From NCBI GenBank assembly GCA_053919585.1, contig CM132813.1: 64,000 bases of DNA. One strand, 5' to 3'. The stretch comes from Euprymna scolopes (taxonomy: Eukaryota). How positions within the stretch are numbered: position 1 is the first letter of the stretch; every line of letters begins with the position of its first letter. The notes beneath the pieces are model-generated. The model worked only from the letters and a program-made list of their open reading frames with translations. It did no database searches and was not told the origin of the DNA. Shown piece by piece: positions 26,793 to 39,923 of the stretch. Both the position numbers and the translations under genes were made by a program.

Positions 26793-27678
26793 TCTATCTA
26801 TATATCTATATCTGTGTGTCTGTGTGTCTGTTGATCTGTCTGTGTGTCTGTGTACATTTCCTTCGCAATAAATCTGTTAATGTTCAGTCTACAGAAATTT
26901 GATATACAGGGTACTGAGATTTGGGAAAATCTATGTGATCGGTTTTCGGCCATATATTTGGCTGTTAAGGGTCAAAGTTTGACCTTTGAGAACTCTACCA
27001 AACACCTCCGGCAATTTTGGGTCTAAACACTTGAAATTTTAGATATAGGTTTCGTGGACATGGATCTAACTAAATAACTTGATTTGAACCCCAAACAATA
27101 AATGGTAATGGGTCATAATAGGGGTCCACGTTAAAAACAATTGCCCTCTGCGTTCTCTTCCAAATTACTCAGACAATTTCTGGTCTTAACATTTGACATT
27201 TTACATAAAGTGTATTCAGAGATAGGGCAAGCTTTTTAAACGGTTTGGCTCGAAAATTTTAGTTACGAATATATAAATGTATGTATGTATGTATGTTTGC
27301 ATATCTGCCTAAACGTTCAACAGCGGCGACCGATTTTTACAAACTTAGTATCATTTTGAAGACCGCTCTTTCTGACGACAAATATCGAAAATTAGACTAA
27401 AATCATTTATATCTTCACCTATACACATTTCTACAGGGGGCGCTTTTTTGGCCGATATTTTCGAAAGTCATCCTCTCCTTTCGATTGTCTGGCTTTAATT
27501 TAAACCTACGTAACTTCCGGTTTTGCGGTGGTCGTAACAGCAAAGACGTCAGTTTTTTTCCCCGTTCTTTTGCTCCTTTACGATAAGGGTTCGAGCTTGC
27601 CTTCCTACTACCACTTTCTTTTGTTATTGCTCAACATACACCTCCAAACACCCGGGCAACGCCGGGCTGAAATGCTAG
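26793..27678 (+). mobile_element. Non-autonomous Helitron
   Basis: 5' end A|TC. 3' end CCCGGGCAACGCCGGG hairpin and CTAG|T. Confidence 0.85.
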
Positions 27679-28047
27679 TCTATCTATCTATACTCCTGCA
27701 AATTCGTTTTTCTTTTGTGTGTATTCATATACATATTAAAAACCATATTTTCTATTTATTTAAAAAGAAAACACAATGTCTTTATATATGGGTCGTAGAA
27801 TTGAATTCGCTAGCAAAAGATCTAGCTAATTTGCATATTCTTTTAAACAATCATTTTAAATAATTCCCTATTAGTTTTTTTTCGGTTTTCTAATGGGATG
27901 ATCATCTTCAGTTAACTATTACGTGTAGTTATATTCATGCAGATATTCTACATGATTTATACTTGCATACTATTTGCGTAAAACGTGTGCAGTAAACACA
28001 AAATAGTTTCCATATATATTTATCTATACGTATATATTTTTTTATAA

Positions 28048-28787
28048 TCTATAAAAGTGAACGTGTCTATGTGTTTGTGTGTCTGTCTGTGCACATTTTC
28101 CAACGCAATAACTCTGTCAATTTTCAGTCTACAGACTCGAAATTTCATATACCGTGTACTGAGAGTGGAGAAAATCTTTGTAATCAGTGTTCGGCCAAAT
28201 ATTTTACGATTAAGGGGTCAAAGTTCAACGATTTGACATTTGGGAACTCTACCAAACACCTCCGGCAATTTTGGGGCTAAACACATTTAGATACAGGTTT
28301 CTGGACATGGATCTAACTTAATAATGTAATTTGAGTTAAAAACAATAAACGTTAAGGGGTCATAATAGGGGTCAAAGTTAAAAGAAAATACACCTCTGCG
28401 GTCTCTACAAAATTACTCAGACAATTTCTGGTCGACACATTTGAAATTTTACATAAACGTTATTCAGATATAGGGAAAGCTTTTTAATCGGTTTGGGTGG
28501 AACATTTGAGCTATCAAATAAATGTTTGTATTATGCTTGCATGTCTTCCATAAAAAGTTCGACAGGGGTGAAAGATTTTCACAAGTTCAGTATCGTTTGA
28601 AACCCGACCCTTCAGACGAGAAATACGGAAAAAATGGCCAAAAACATTAATTTATTCACTCTCAACTGGACACTTTTCTACAGGGAGGGTCGCTATTTTC
28701 GCTGCTATTTTCGAAGGTCACCCTACTACCACTTTTTTCACAACATCCACCTCCAAATACCCGGGCAAGGCCGGGCTGAAATGCTAG
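28048..28787 (+). mobile_element. Non-autonomous Helitron
   Basis: 5' end A|TCTATAAAAG. 3' end CCGGGCAAGGCCGGG and CTAG|T. Confidence 0.85.
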
Positions 28788-29251
28788 TATGTATAAAATA
28801 TAAAATATCCGGTCAAGAAATTCCATCAAATAGATGGTTTATATAAAATAAATACAAGAAAATACTCAAAAGACCATTGATATAAAAGCATTGTTTCTTA
28901 TAGATTTTATTTGATTTTTAATAACCTATTGTTCTCCTTCATAGTAATTAAAAGTACTATGCATTGATCACTTTAGTATATTTAATATATAAACATGTGC
29001 CAATACCTCACATCATGAAAATAGAAATATCAGTAGTATATAGTCATGAATAAAGGCAAGCACAATTCTCTGAAATATTCTATCGTATACGCGAAACGCT
29101 GTGCACAATACAGTTAATGTATTTGCAATCAACAGAGGAAGGCAGATTTTACAAGGATAAAGATATATTTAATCAGAACAATTTCATATCCAAAATTGTC
29201 ACATTATGAACGAACAGTTTAATATAACATAAATGAATTATTATTTTAATA

Positions 29252-29292
<41 letters not shown>

Positions 29293-29872
29293 TTTATTTT
29301 GATGATATATTGCAATTATAAGAAATACTTTAATTCTTATTCCACTTTACAGAACAATTTCTTACTTTCCAATCGTTAATTACAGTTATTGACTAACATG
29401 CGTGTACGCATTGTAATAGCTATAGTGTATTAGATTTTAGTATACGTGGAATGCAATTAACGACGTAATTAAACGTACACCTGATGGACTGCTAGTGTTT
29501 GTTTTTTATTTATTTATTTTTTACATGGCAAATGCCATGAGACATTTCGCACTTTGCTTAATNNNNNNNNNNNNNNNNNNNNNNNNNNNNNNNNNNNNNN
29601 NNNNNNNNNNNNNNNNNNNNNNNNNNNNNNNNNNNNNNNNNNNNNNNNNNNNNNNNNNNNNNNNNNNNNNNNNNNNNNNNNNNNNNNNNNNNNNNNNTTT
29701 AAATTGGGAATATACCTGTGGACACGAAAAGAACGAGGCGATAATTTATTACGGAAAGACACATAGAAATCACATTAAGTCTTAATGGATGTTCTTTTTG
29801 TTTCAAAGTTGTTTAATAAAATTAATATATATGTATGTTATACTTTTGAAATATACCTTTCTTTATAACTTA

Positions 29873-31877
29873 ATGATTATAGGGAACAATTTAATACTTA
29901 ACATTAGGTGTTACAAAATGGCAGAACCATTCAAATATAACTGATACAAAAAATAATGATACTCTGTCGATCTTGAAATTTAAAAATTGTCTACACACAT
30001 ATCACTGCTAAATGAGTATGCACCATATTTCATGTTTTGATAATTAAAGTTTCTTAAACATTTCAGTGGTAGTGAAAAATGCGTTGTTTGCGGCTCGTAA
30101 CTTGCAAAACAAATTATAATCTATTATCCAGTGTAGTTATAAAAACAGTGGGGTTATAAAATTAAACTGCTTCAGAAAGAAACTGCCTGAGTTAGATATG
30201 GAAAATTATCTTGGAATTTTTATAAATATTAGTCAAGGGTCCGATTGTTTTACTTATTAAACAATGCTGAGAAGCAGAAGAATGTAAGTGTGATTCGTTA
30301 TTTGGTATTATCTCTTTTCACAGAACTTTACCAAATATTTAACCACTTGGAAGTATGAACATACTAGCAGTCGAAACAGATAACACTGTAAAAGAGGGTT
30401 GCGATTCAATACCTGTTCAATGGATATTATTTATTAATTAAACAAAAGAAAACTCCTTGTTCATTTCGTATAGCATATTTGATATCTAATCGGTTTTATG
30501 TTTCTTCCGGGTGAGACATCTGTTGTTTTACCCAGAAGATTAGATGCCATAATCAAGCACGGGTGATTTTTTAATCTATTGCTCAACTTAAGACAGCTCT
30601 TGCTCTTCAGTTAAAATGTTTATTAATGCACATCAGCATTGACCACTGCTCCCTAATAAGTAACTAAGATTACAAACAATGATAAATTGACAAACGTTAT
30701 TAGAAGCATACGGTTATTCTGTTTGTGCATATTGTTCAAAGAGTTTACTGCACGTCTATGGAGATGCACGAATTGATTTTTAGTTATATTTTCTTATGAT
30801 ATATATATATATATATATATATATGTATAATAGTTTACACACTGATCTCTTAAATTAGATCGTCTGTTTAACAATTTCAACGCACTAATAGTCCATTATC
30901 AAATTATAGTTTGTTGATGTATTTCTAAATTCTGAAAAATTGTGATATAATCAAACAGCTTTCAACACTTAGTCTAATGGCAAGCTTCTAAATGTATGGG
31001 ATGTAATATTCAGTTTTAAATGTCTAGTGTTGTATGCTGGTCGTTTTCAGAAAAAAAATTATTGGACGTATTAACATTAACTTTTATATATAAAGTAATG
31101 TTTATAAAATATCCAGTATCCTTTTAAGTAATTCCACAAAATCAATTCTTTTTTATCAAACTAATCCAAGACAGACCTGACAGCACCATTTACTAAACAG
31201 TTTTGTTGTATAGTTTTCATTTTATTTTTAATGACGCCAGCTTTCTTCTCCATACTGTAATAATAATCACAGATCATGCAAGCATATTTTATATTGGTCG
31301 ATTTTGTAAATTAAATATATAAACACATAGACATACCTAACATTCGAAAAATAGAACTATCAGTAATATGTAAAGTTCTAATAAAAGACGATGTCTGTTT
31401 CTGAAACAGTGTATCGTAAACGCGTAATACACTATCGTGCAGAATGGATTTAATTAATTTACTATCCACAAACAAAATATATTATATAATTTCATATTTA
31501 TTTTTATTTAAAGCTCACCTGGACAATTGCACTTTCTGTACTTTAGAATTCATTATTATTTATATTAAGTATTAATTTATTGCCATAAGACATTGCGATT
31601 ATTACAAAATAATTTATTTTCTTCCACTTCACAAAACCTCTCCAAACTTTCAAATTAGCGATCGTTGATTACATGCATTGTAATAGCGAAAATACATTTG
31701 GTTTTAGTATATGTGGAATGCAATTAAGGATACGATTAAACACACACATGATTGGCGGCTTGTATTTTTTACAGCGCAAATGAATGATTGCTTTGAGGTA
31801 AATACTAGGCACTTCGCACTTTGCTTAATTGGAGAAAATATCGTCAATATATACTGAAAATACAGAGTAATGTCAGC
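29873..31877 (+). pseudogene. Decayed IR-like gene, tandem paralogue of 25393-29870
   Basis: Near-continuous frame with scattered stops and N-glycosylation sequons in the N-terminal domain. Motifs: VQWILF, LLPNK, FIKYPV, DLTAPFTKQFCCIVFILFL (pre-M1/M1), F*YMWNAI (S2). Runs into a gap. Confidence 0.65.
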
Positions 31878-32339
31878 NNNNNNNNNNNNNNNNNNNNNNN
31901 NNNNNNNNNNNNNNNNNNNNNNNNNNNNNNNNNNNNNNNNNNNNNNNNNNNNNNNNNNNNNNNNNNNNNNNNNNNNNNNNNNNNNNNNNNNNNNNNNNNN
32001 NNNNNNNNNNNNNNNNTGTGTGTGTGTGTTCTACAATAGCTAAAAAAGATTTTCTAATATAATTCCGTGCTCAAAAAATAAATTATCTCTGAAATGAAAT
32101 ACGTACGAAATACGTTTAAAAGCCGAATTACATCGCAATATGAAAAGAAATACATTACTATGTTTAATATTTATATTTAAGCGCCATATGCAATATTCAA
32201 AATTTTGAAAAATGTTCCCTTTTTTTTTTCTCGCGATGCCGCCTTTGTTGCCTGCGGTGTTATTTTGAAATGCCTAAATACTATGTGTTGCGAACGTAAT
32301 ATAAATCTCAGGCTTGTGTTTTATGCGATGGAATTGTTG

Positions 32340-33255
32340 ATTGAAATTTAACATAAAATACGTAGGAAATACGTTTGAAAACAAAAATACAGCGCATAAT
32401 TATGAAGAAAAACAAATATTGACTTGTATAAATAAATATATCGGCTGTATACGCCATCTTCAGCAATTTATATATTTTTTACATTGTCTTGATATTAAAT
32501 TGAAGAAGAAACACGTGGGAAAAATGCGCACATTCCTGATATGAAAATCAGGAATGTGCGAACTTTACCCATAGTTCGTAAAACCTATCCTCTACAATCT
32601 AACATCGCAGACTATACACGCACACTCTTTACAAAGTATGTTTTTCTTTAATCTGCCTTAATTGCGAACAAAAAAAAAGAAAGAAGAACGTGTAAATTTC
32701 GGAGGATGGTGTATAGCGGCAGAATCATGTTTTCAAATCTTAATACATATATATGCACACACGCACACACCCACACACATATATATATAATATATTTTGT
32801 TTGTNNNNNNNNNNNNNNNNNNNNNNNNNNNNNNNNNNNNNNNNNNNNNNNNNNNNNNNNNNNNNNNNNNNNNNNNNNNNNNNNNNNNNNNNNNNNNNNN
32901 NNNNNNNNNNNNNNNNNNNNNNNNNNNNNNNNNNNNNNNNNNNNNNNNNNNNNNNNNNNNNNNNNNNNNNNNNNNNNNNNNNNNNNNNNNNNNNNNNNNN
33001 NNNNNNNNNNNNNNNNNNNNNNNNNNNNNNNNNNNNNNNNNNNNNNNNNNNNNNNNNNNNNNNNNNNNNNNNNNNNNNNNNNNNNNNNNNNNNNNNNNNN
33101 NNNNNNNNNNNNNNNNNNNNNNNNNNNNNNNNNNNNNNNNNNNNNNNNNNNNNNNNNNNNNNNNNNNNNNACAAGTATTTATTTGTTTATTTTAATCATA
33201 TTGCGTTGTAATTTAGCTTCCAAACTTATTTCGTGCGTATTTCATTTTAAATATT
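32340..33255. repeat. Foldback/MITE-like structure with an internal perfect hairpin
   Basis: ~32345-32428 is an imperfect reverse complement of ~33171-33252. Hairpin CGCACATTCCTGAT-atgaaa-ATCAGGAATGTGCG at ~32527-32560. Confidence 0.55.
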
Positions 33256-33567
33256 CAATCAACACGTATATCGCTAAAAACATAAACCTGAAATTATCTA
33301 TGGTCTTTGTGCAAAAAATTAGGGACTACATTAACCGATGAAAGAAAATTAATATAGACGTGTGATAAATGACATAATAAATAACTTGTTTATTCTTTAA
33401 ATGTATAAAAAAATAATTGAGAATAATTCCTAGACAAGATTATTGTACTATAACCACAGGATTCAAAAGAATAAAACGTGTATCTGGCGGGCACACACAC
33501 TTAACATTAATACATATAAAATGTCTCAAGCCATAATTTGTGAAACCTTTTCCCTTTACCATTTTGC

Positions 33568-33700
33568 ATTTTTAGTCCCGAGCAAGCGACTCTATAAGTC
33601 TCTCCCTCGTTCGGTCGGTCGGTCGGGCTGTCCGTAACACTTTTGTGCTTAGCTTTTTTAGTTAAGATCAAAGTATACTCTTGATAACTGCTGTTCTTAG
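33568..33700 (+). mobile_element. Helentron/DINE-1-like (HINE) 5' end; related ends at ~36627 and ~38545-39038
   Basis: TTTT-AGTC.CG.GCA.GCGACTCTATA short stem followed by a (GGTC)n microsatellite, sitting in a T-run. Confidence 0.5.
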
Positions 33701-33759
33701 CTTTTTATGATTTTCAACTTTTTTCACACGCACACACACATTTTAATAATAATAAAAAA

Positions 33760-33809
<50 letters not shown>

Positions 33810-34128
33810 CACAAACACACAGAGAAATTGTAAATATATTATTTTTTTGCAAAAACGCTGGAGTTTTCATTAGTTAGTTTAGAGTCCACAAAGTGAATGA
33901 GGTAGTGTGGTAAATGTTGCCAGTCAAGAGTAAAGTCACCAAAGACTCCATTTTAACTTTAGTAACAAAGACCCCGCAATACTCCCCATCCCACTTCCTT
34001 GTACCTAAGTTTGTTTACAAATGTTATTTTTTTGCCTTTATTTTTTTTAATTTCTCATTATTTAATTGTAATTTTTTTTCATTACAGATATACCCTATAT
34101 AAACAAGATCAAAGTATAGTATCTATTC

Positions 34129-34323
34129 CGGCAGATACTGCAAGCAAAGACCACCTTTTTGGGAAAACCCACATATAAGACCTTGGTCAATGTAGGGGCA
34201 AGCCTACCAATTGTCACTATCCAGCTCCCCTACTCCCCGGGGGCTGGTCTCCATTTCCCTTTCACTCCTCACATTAAAAATCGGCCTCGTTCCTAATTTG
34301 CTCAGTGGGGGAGCGAATAAATA
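34129..34323 (+). mobile_element. ~200-bp non-autonomous element flanked by U2-like motifs (copy 1)
   Basis: Starts CGGCAGAT directly after AAGATCAAAGTATAGTATCTATTC. Ends AATAAATA before CCTTTTGGCC-AAAGTGTAGTAT. Homologous to 36260-36460. Confidence 0.6.
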
Positions 34324-34346
34324 CCCTTTTGGCCAAAGTGTAGTAT

Positions 34347-36007
34347 GAGGCGATCGCTCAGTACGAAAGATTTACAAGGGCCAAGATAAAACGCAGCAAG
34401 TCGGTAGGACTGCGGTTGGGCGCCTGGAGTGGAAACGCCAACCTCCCGCCGTCCTTCAGCTGGACAGATGGCCCGGTTCGGATCCTCGGCGTGTGGTTCG
34501 GACCGGGTCTCCAGCTTGACAAAAATTGGTTGGAGGTACGGTCAAAGGTGGAGGCTGCAGTCAATTCGTGGCTCCCTAGGAAACTTGCCTTAAAGGGTAG
34601 ATCTTAGGTGTGCACCACTTACGTCTTTCCTCTCATCCTTTACCGACTGACCGCACTTCCCCTGCCTGCACAACACCTAATAGTTCTTGTCCTCGCTTCT
34701 TTGGGACAGAGGAAGACACTGGGTGAGCAGACAGGTCTGTATTCAACGTCGGTGTGAGGTAGGCTTAGGACTGCCGGACTTGAAGTGTCATCGAGACGCT
34801 GAGAGGCTGGCCTTCCTGCGCCACTATATGCAAGATTACCAACCGTGGCACACCGTGGTTACTGACGCCTTCCCCAACCACATTCTTGGCCCTTCTATCG
34901 AGAGCCATCCCGGGCCGCGGGAAGAATGTGCCAACATGAAAGAGTGCCGAGCCGCGCTAAAACGACTACCAAGGTCCAGCGACCTTGCGACTGCTACCCG
35001 TAGGGAACTCCACAGGGATCTAGTGAAGGGGGCCGCCGATGACCCGCTATGCGCGCGTTTGAGTTGGCAGCAGAGTGAGATCTGTTCCGCGTGAATCTGG
35101 GCGTCAGGTTCGAGTCATCTGAACAATTCGGAGTTCTCTCTGACCTGGCGATTAGCCCGAAATGCACTTCTACTCAACAACATACAATGCAGTTCCGGGT
35201 TTTTGGAGTCGCCTGATTGTCCCCGTTGTGGGATAACGGCCATAGAAACGAATGATACTGCTTTCTTCGATTGCCGTGAACTCCACCAGTACTGGTCGTA
35301 TGTCAGCGAGGTTACGGCTCGCATCGATCCTGAGCATCCTCGCCCAATTACCGTATACAATGTCATGGGCGACGTGAGGCCGCCGTGGGATCGGGAAGGA
35401 CAAATGGTCTACATTATGCCCCTGGCCGTGGCGAGAATGGTGATTTGGACGTGCGCTTGCAAGGTTGCCGAGGGGTTGTCTTTTTCTGATAAGGATCTGA
35501 TCTTTTTCTTTCAACACCAACTACGGGTGAAGATCAGATGTGATAGAAGGAGGCTGCATCGCGTAGCATTTGACTAAAGATGGATACATATAGCAAGTAT
35601 GTGTGTATGAAGAGGAGCCAAATTTGAATACGTGTTCCCCGCTTAGGTGTGGAACGCGCATTTCCGTGAAATAAAATTAAACAAGTAGCCTCTCAGCTAG
35701 CTGAGTGTGTGTTCCATCGCTACCCGATATGGAAGCCTCCAAGATCCCCACCCTGTCCTTCTTGGAAATTTTGTTTCACCCCTCCTCTAAATTTCGCCCA
35801 TCTCCGAGAGAAAGAAATACAAACTAACCCCCATTCCTTACCCACAAAATCTTCTTTTTCCAACCTAGTGGAAAGGGCAGTCTATCAACTAGACGGGGTT
35901 GGGAGGGTCCTACTAATCACCTTTTTTATCCCCCGCCCTCGACACAAATGAATTATTGTACCATTTTTATTGTTATCTTTTTTTGTTTTTACACGTCAAT
36001 AAAAAAA
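34347..36007 (+). mobile_element. 5'-truncated L1/Tx1-clade LINE (Keno-like), ORF2 C-terminal half
   Basis: WTDGPVRILGVWFG..KNW..W.PRKLALKGR, GLGLPD and a CPRCG..E..AFFDC zinc knuckle. Stops and frameshifts present. Ends in AATAAA plus an A tail. Confidence 0.85.
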
Positions 36008-36259
36008 TGTTTTACAAATTGGGAGTTAAGTAGGACGTCCCCCAGTATGAAAGAGTGAATGCGGTAGTATGGTGAAAGAAGATACTAGCTGGTATAACCT
36101 TTGGATTTTGTTTAGTTTTGGAGTGACAAGGATGGCCAACTACTCCCACAATCCCCCCTTTTGAGTTAGCCATGTGGCTAAGATTTTGTTCATTGTTTAT
36201 TTTCAATGTATTTTTAACATGAATAAAGGATTTAATATCTAAAAGTGGAGTATCTGTTC

Positions 36260-36460
36260 CGGCAGATGATGTAAGCAAAAACCATATATGGAGGCAGCCT
36301 CACATATAAAATCTTGGTCAATGTAGGGGCAACCCTTCATACCAATTATCACTATCCAGCTCCCCTACTCCCCGGAGAGTTGGTCCCCATTTTCCCTTCA
36401 CTCCTCACATTAAAAATCGGCCTTGTGCTTAATTTGCTCGGTGGGGGGGGCAAATAAATA
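36260..36460 (+). mobile_element. ~200-bp non-autonomous element flanked by U2-like motifs (copy 2)
   Basis: ATCTAAAAGTGGAGTATCTGTTC|CGGCAGAT...CAAATAAATA|cATCAAAGTGTAGTATCTCTTCTTA. Confidence 0.6.
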
Positions 36461-36684
36461 CATCAAAGTGTAGTATCTCTTCTTAATAGATGCTATGCTT
36501 ATGTTTGTATTTTTTCCTTGGCCACATTGCTAAGATAAAAGTGTAGTATATGTTCTTAACAGATGCTGCACTTAAGTTTGTAACTGTTCTTAGGCAATAG
36601 AAGGGGAAACCCTTCCATGCTAAGACATTTTTAGTCGCATGCAAGTCACTCCATCGGTCGGTCTGTAACACATATACATTTTAT

Positions 36685-38410
36685 TTTTTAAGCAAGGGGT
36701 ATGAAGTAACATATTTTGCCGTCCCCCCAATTTATCAGAGAGGGACCTATGTTTTCAATGGGTCCATCTGTCCGTTAGTCCGGATGATTGACGGATAACC
36801 GTCCATTAGTTTTTCCTGCAATTTTGTCACAAATTATATTTTAATATATAAATGTCCATTGTATTTTTTTTTCTTTTTTTTTTGCGAAAATCCTGTTTTG
36901 CCTACAGTGACTCAAAAGGGCGAAAAATGACACTTTCGTCCTGTAACATTTGATCCATCAATTACATTTTTCTGAAACTTGCCCAAAATGTGGAGGGCAT
37001 TGGTCTTAATATACATTCAGTATGGGTGACCCTGCCAAAAGTCTGGTTTGCATCCCCCAAGGACTTTTAATGCTGAAAACGACCTATTTCGCACTTGATA
37101 TCTCTATGTAGTAGTTTCGCATGTTGCTGAATGTAAATATACATGTTTTAAGGTGTGAAACGGCACTGTTTGTCCATTGTCACTGGTATTCGGCATTCAA
37201 AGTGGCTCATCAGGGGTCCAAAATGTGCTAAAATTGCAGAAAATGACACTTTTTGCCCCATAAATTTTACCTGTCTATTAGATTTTTCTAAAACTTGTCC
37301 AAAATGTGGAGAGCATCGTTTTTAATATAAATTCAGTATGGGTGACCCTGGTAATATTCTGCTTAGCGTCCCCCGGATACTTTTAGTGCTAGAAAACACC
37401 TTTTTGTGACTCAATTTGTAAAACTATATTTCGTACAGTGGGGAACCATGCAGGCGCAGCTTGTTTTTTAAGTCAGGGGCATGGAGTAACATTTTGGTCC
37501 CCCGATTTATCGGAGAGGGACCTATGTTTTTAGTGGGGTTGTCTGTTGGTTAGTCCGCACGATTGACGGATAACCGGCCATTAGTTTTTCCTGAAATTTT
37601 GTCACAAATTATATTTCAATATATAGATGTGCATTGTAAAAAAGGGGGCTCAAAAGAGGTTAAAAAGTTCTCTAAATGGCTTAAAATGACACTTTTTTCC
37701 CGTACCATTTAATCTATCCATTACATTTTTCTGAAACTTGCCCAAAATGTAAGAGGGCATTGTTCTTAATATAAATTCAGTATGGCTGACCCTGGCAAAC
37801 GTCTGGTTTGCATCTCCCAAGGACTTTTAATGCTGAAAACGCTCTTTCTTCTCATATTTCTCAACAAAAACTTGATATGTATGTTTATATAGTGGTCGAC
37901 CATGTTGCTGGATGTAAATAGATATTCGTTAACATGTGAAACTGCACTATATGTCCATTGTCACTGGCTCATAAGGGGTCACAAATGTACCTAAATTGCA
38001 AAAAATGACACTTTTTGCCCCATACATTTTTACCCATCCATTACATTTTTCTGAAACTTGTCCAAAAGGCGCAGGGTTTTGTTCTTAATATAAATCCAGT
38101 ATGGGTTACCGTAGCAAAATTTTGCTTTACGTCCTCCGGGGACTTTTAGTGTTAAAAATGCCCTTTTTTCATATTTCTAAAAAAAAAAAAACGGTATATG
38201 CATATCTATATAATGCTCTCCCATGGCACTGAATTCAAATATACATCTATTACGGTGTAAAACTGCATAGGTTGTCCATTGTCACTGGTATTAAGCATTC
38301 CAAGGGGGCCATAAGGGGTCAAAAATGTACCAAAATTGCAAATAATGACACTTTTAGCCGCATACATTTTTACCTATCCTTTAGACTTTTCTGAAACTTG
38401 TCCAAAATCT
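36685..38410 (+). mobile_element. Two tandem Helentron/HINE-like elements with internal ~300-bp subrepeats
   Basis: Units start at ~36685 and ~37465 (TTTTAAG..GGGG.ATG.AGTAACAT, then a GTCCC...AGGGAC stem). CTGAAACTTG.CCAAAA...CAGTATGGGTGACC blocks are repeated. Confidence 0.55.
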
Positions 38411-39759
38411 AAATTTTCCTTGGCCACATGGCTAAGATCCAAATGTTGTATCTGTTCTTAACTGATGCTACACTTGTTTGTAACTAATAAGTAAATATCG
38501 ATGGAGAATAGTTTTTTTTTTAAATGACTACCACAGAATAGTTTATTTAGTCGTGTGCAAGCAACTATAAGTCACTCAGTCGGTCGGTCCATAACATATG
38601 AACTTTTATTTCGTTTTATGTTTATTATACCACTATTTATTGGTTATCGGGGTTCCTGAATAGAAATATAACGTTTCAAATTCCCTAAATCAAATATTTT
38701 TTGTGATATAAAGTGGCCGATCACTTTTCTGTATTAATTTAATATAAAATAATCACCCACTTTACAACCAGTCAGTCTCAAAGCCATTCAAGATCATTGA
38801 AGTTGTTTTTGAAGGATTCCAGTTATTTTGTAAACATTCAAGTCATTCTTCAGGTCATTCAATTGATCCTTAAGTACATTAAAGTAATTCTAAGTCATTT
38901 ACTTTTCATTTATTTAAGTCATTTCAGCCCATTTTTCGGTCATTTTAGTTTATCTTTAAGAATTTCATGTCAATCCTACATTCACGCCTTCATTCATTAC
39001 ATGAGAGCACGCCACTAATAGCTATCGGTCTTGTTTTTTTAGATATTTCCTACTTTATAATTTTTCATTTTGTCAGTTCTATAAAAGAAAAAAAATCAAC
39101 ATTATTCTCCAAATATTTTAAGACAATGTCTTAGTATTACTATACGTAAAATATTTATTTCTTTGATATTAATATTACAGTATGTTGAAAGGGAGAACAG
39201 AATCGGTTTATTGTTACAATAGTAAGAGCGTTGAGTTTATCAGTGCGAAATAATTTCGCTTCGCTTCTTTATATGAACTTTAAAATGTTAAGAATGTGCT
39301 ACAATGCTAGTTTTCCTGAGACAAGGCTAAATCCACCTGCTAGTCTTAGATATTTGCTGATTTTGCGTTTTAAAATTAAGCGAACTGAAACGGGATATTG
39401 TTACTTTAGTAATAAACTCATTTTATATTTATAGGATGTCTACATGACAGGTATGGTAGACTAGATTATATGCGCATATTGGTTTGTCACTTGTTATTTT
39501 GCCGTGTGTTTCTCCTTTACTTCTAAAACCCTAAACTTTCCCCTATCATATCAATATCAGTAATAATATTCTCTTTGTACTCAATACGGTTCCACACTGT
39601 TTATTCTTTATTTCTTGTGTATGTGAAAACCCTCTCTCTTAAATTCTTGGACTAAACAAGTTAGTAAAACCCCTTGCCTGTGCATACGACTTGTTTGACC
39701 CTGGTATCCAGCTCCATATATCGATATTATTATAGACAACACTTGCTAACCTAACCTTT

Positions 39760-39897
39760 TTTAAAGTTTCCGAGTCAACTATCGTCGTAGTCGTCGTTCC
39801 CCCGGTGCGTGCGTGCGTGCTCTATATATACTACTAATCAGACTACGGGGTCACTCTTTTGTGTGTCCCGTCTTAATGGTCGTTCTTATTCTCTACA
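39760..39897 (-). repeat. 3' LTR
   Basis: Direct repeat of 44557-44697, adjacent to the PPT. Confidence 0.93.
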
Positions 39898-39923
39898 TGC
39901 CCTCCCCCCACCATGTGACCACA

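Larger units (their letters stand above)
25393..29870 (+). pseudogene. Roughly full-length decayed IR-like gene, interrupted by Helitrons at 26793-28787
   Basis: Aligns at protein level with 29873-31877, e.g. ELHSADEKYFLGLLMDTSQCSECFAYYTMLSS vs KLPELDMENYLGIFINISQGSDCFTY*TMLRS, and TVKD/TVKE with third-position changes. Further motifs: LLPTKILRL, IKYPV..LYK..LKRPL, QSTEEGR, F*YTWNAI, and an M4-like segment after the gap. Confidence 0.65.

Noticed and set aside
36462-36560. Functional U2 snRNA gene
   Set aside because: Only ~30 nt match; there is no Sm site or 3' stem-loops.
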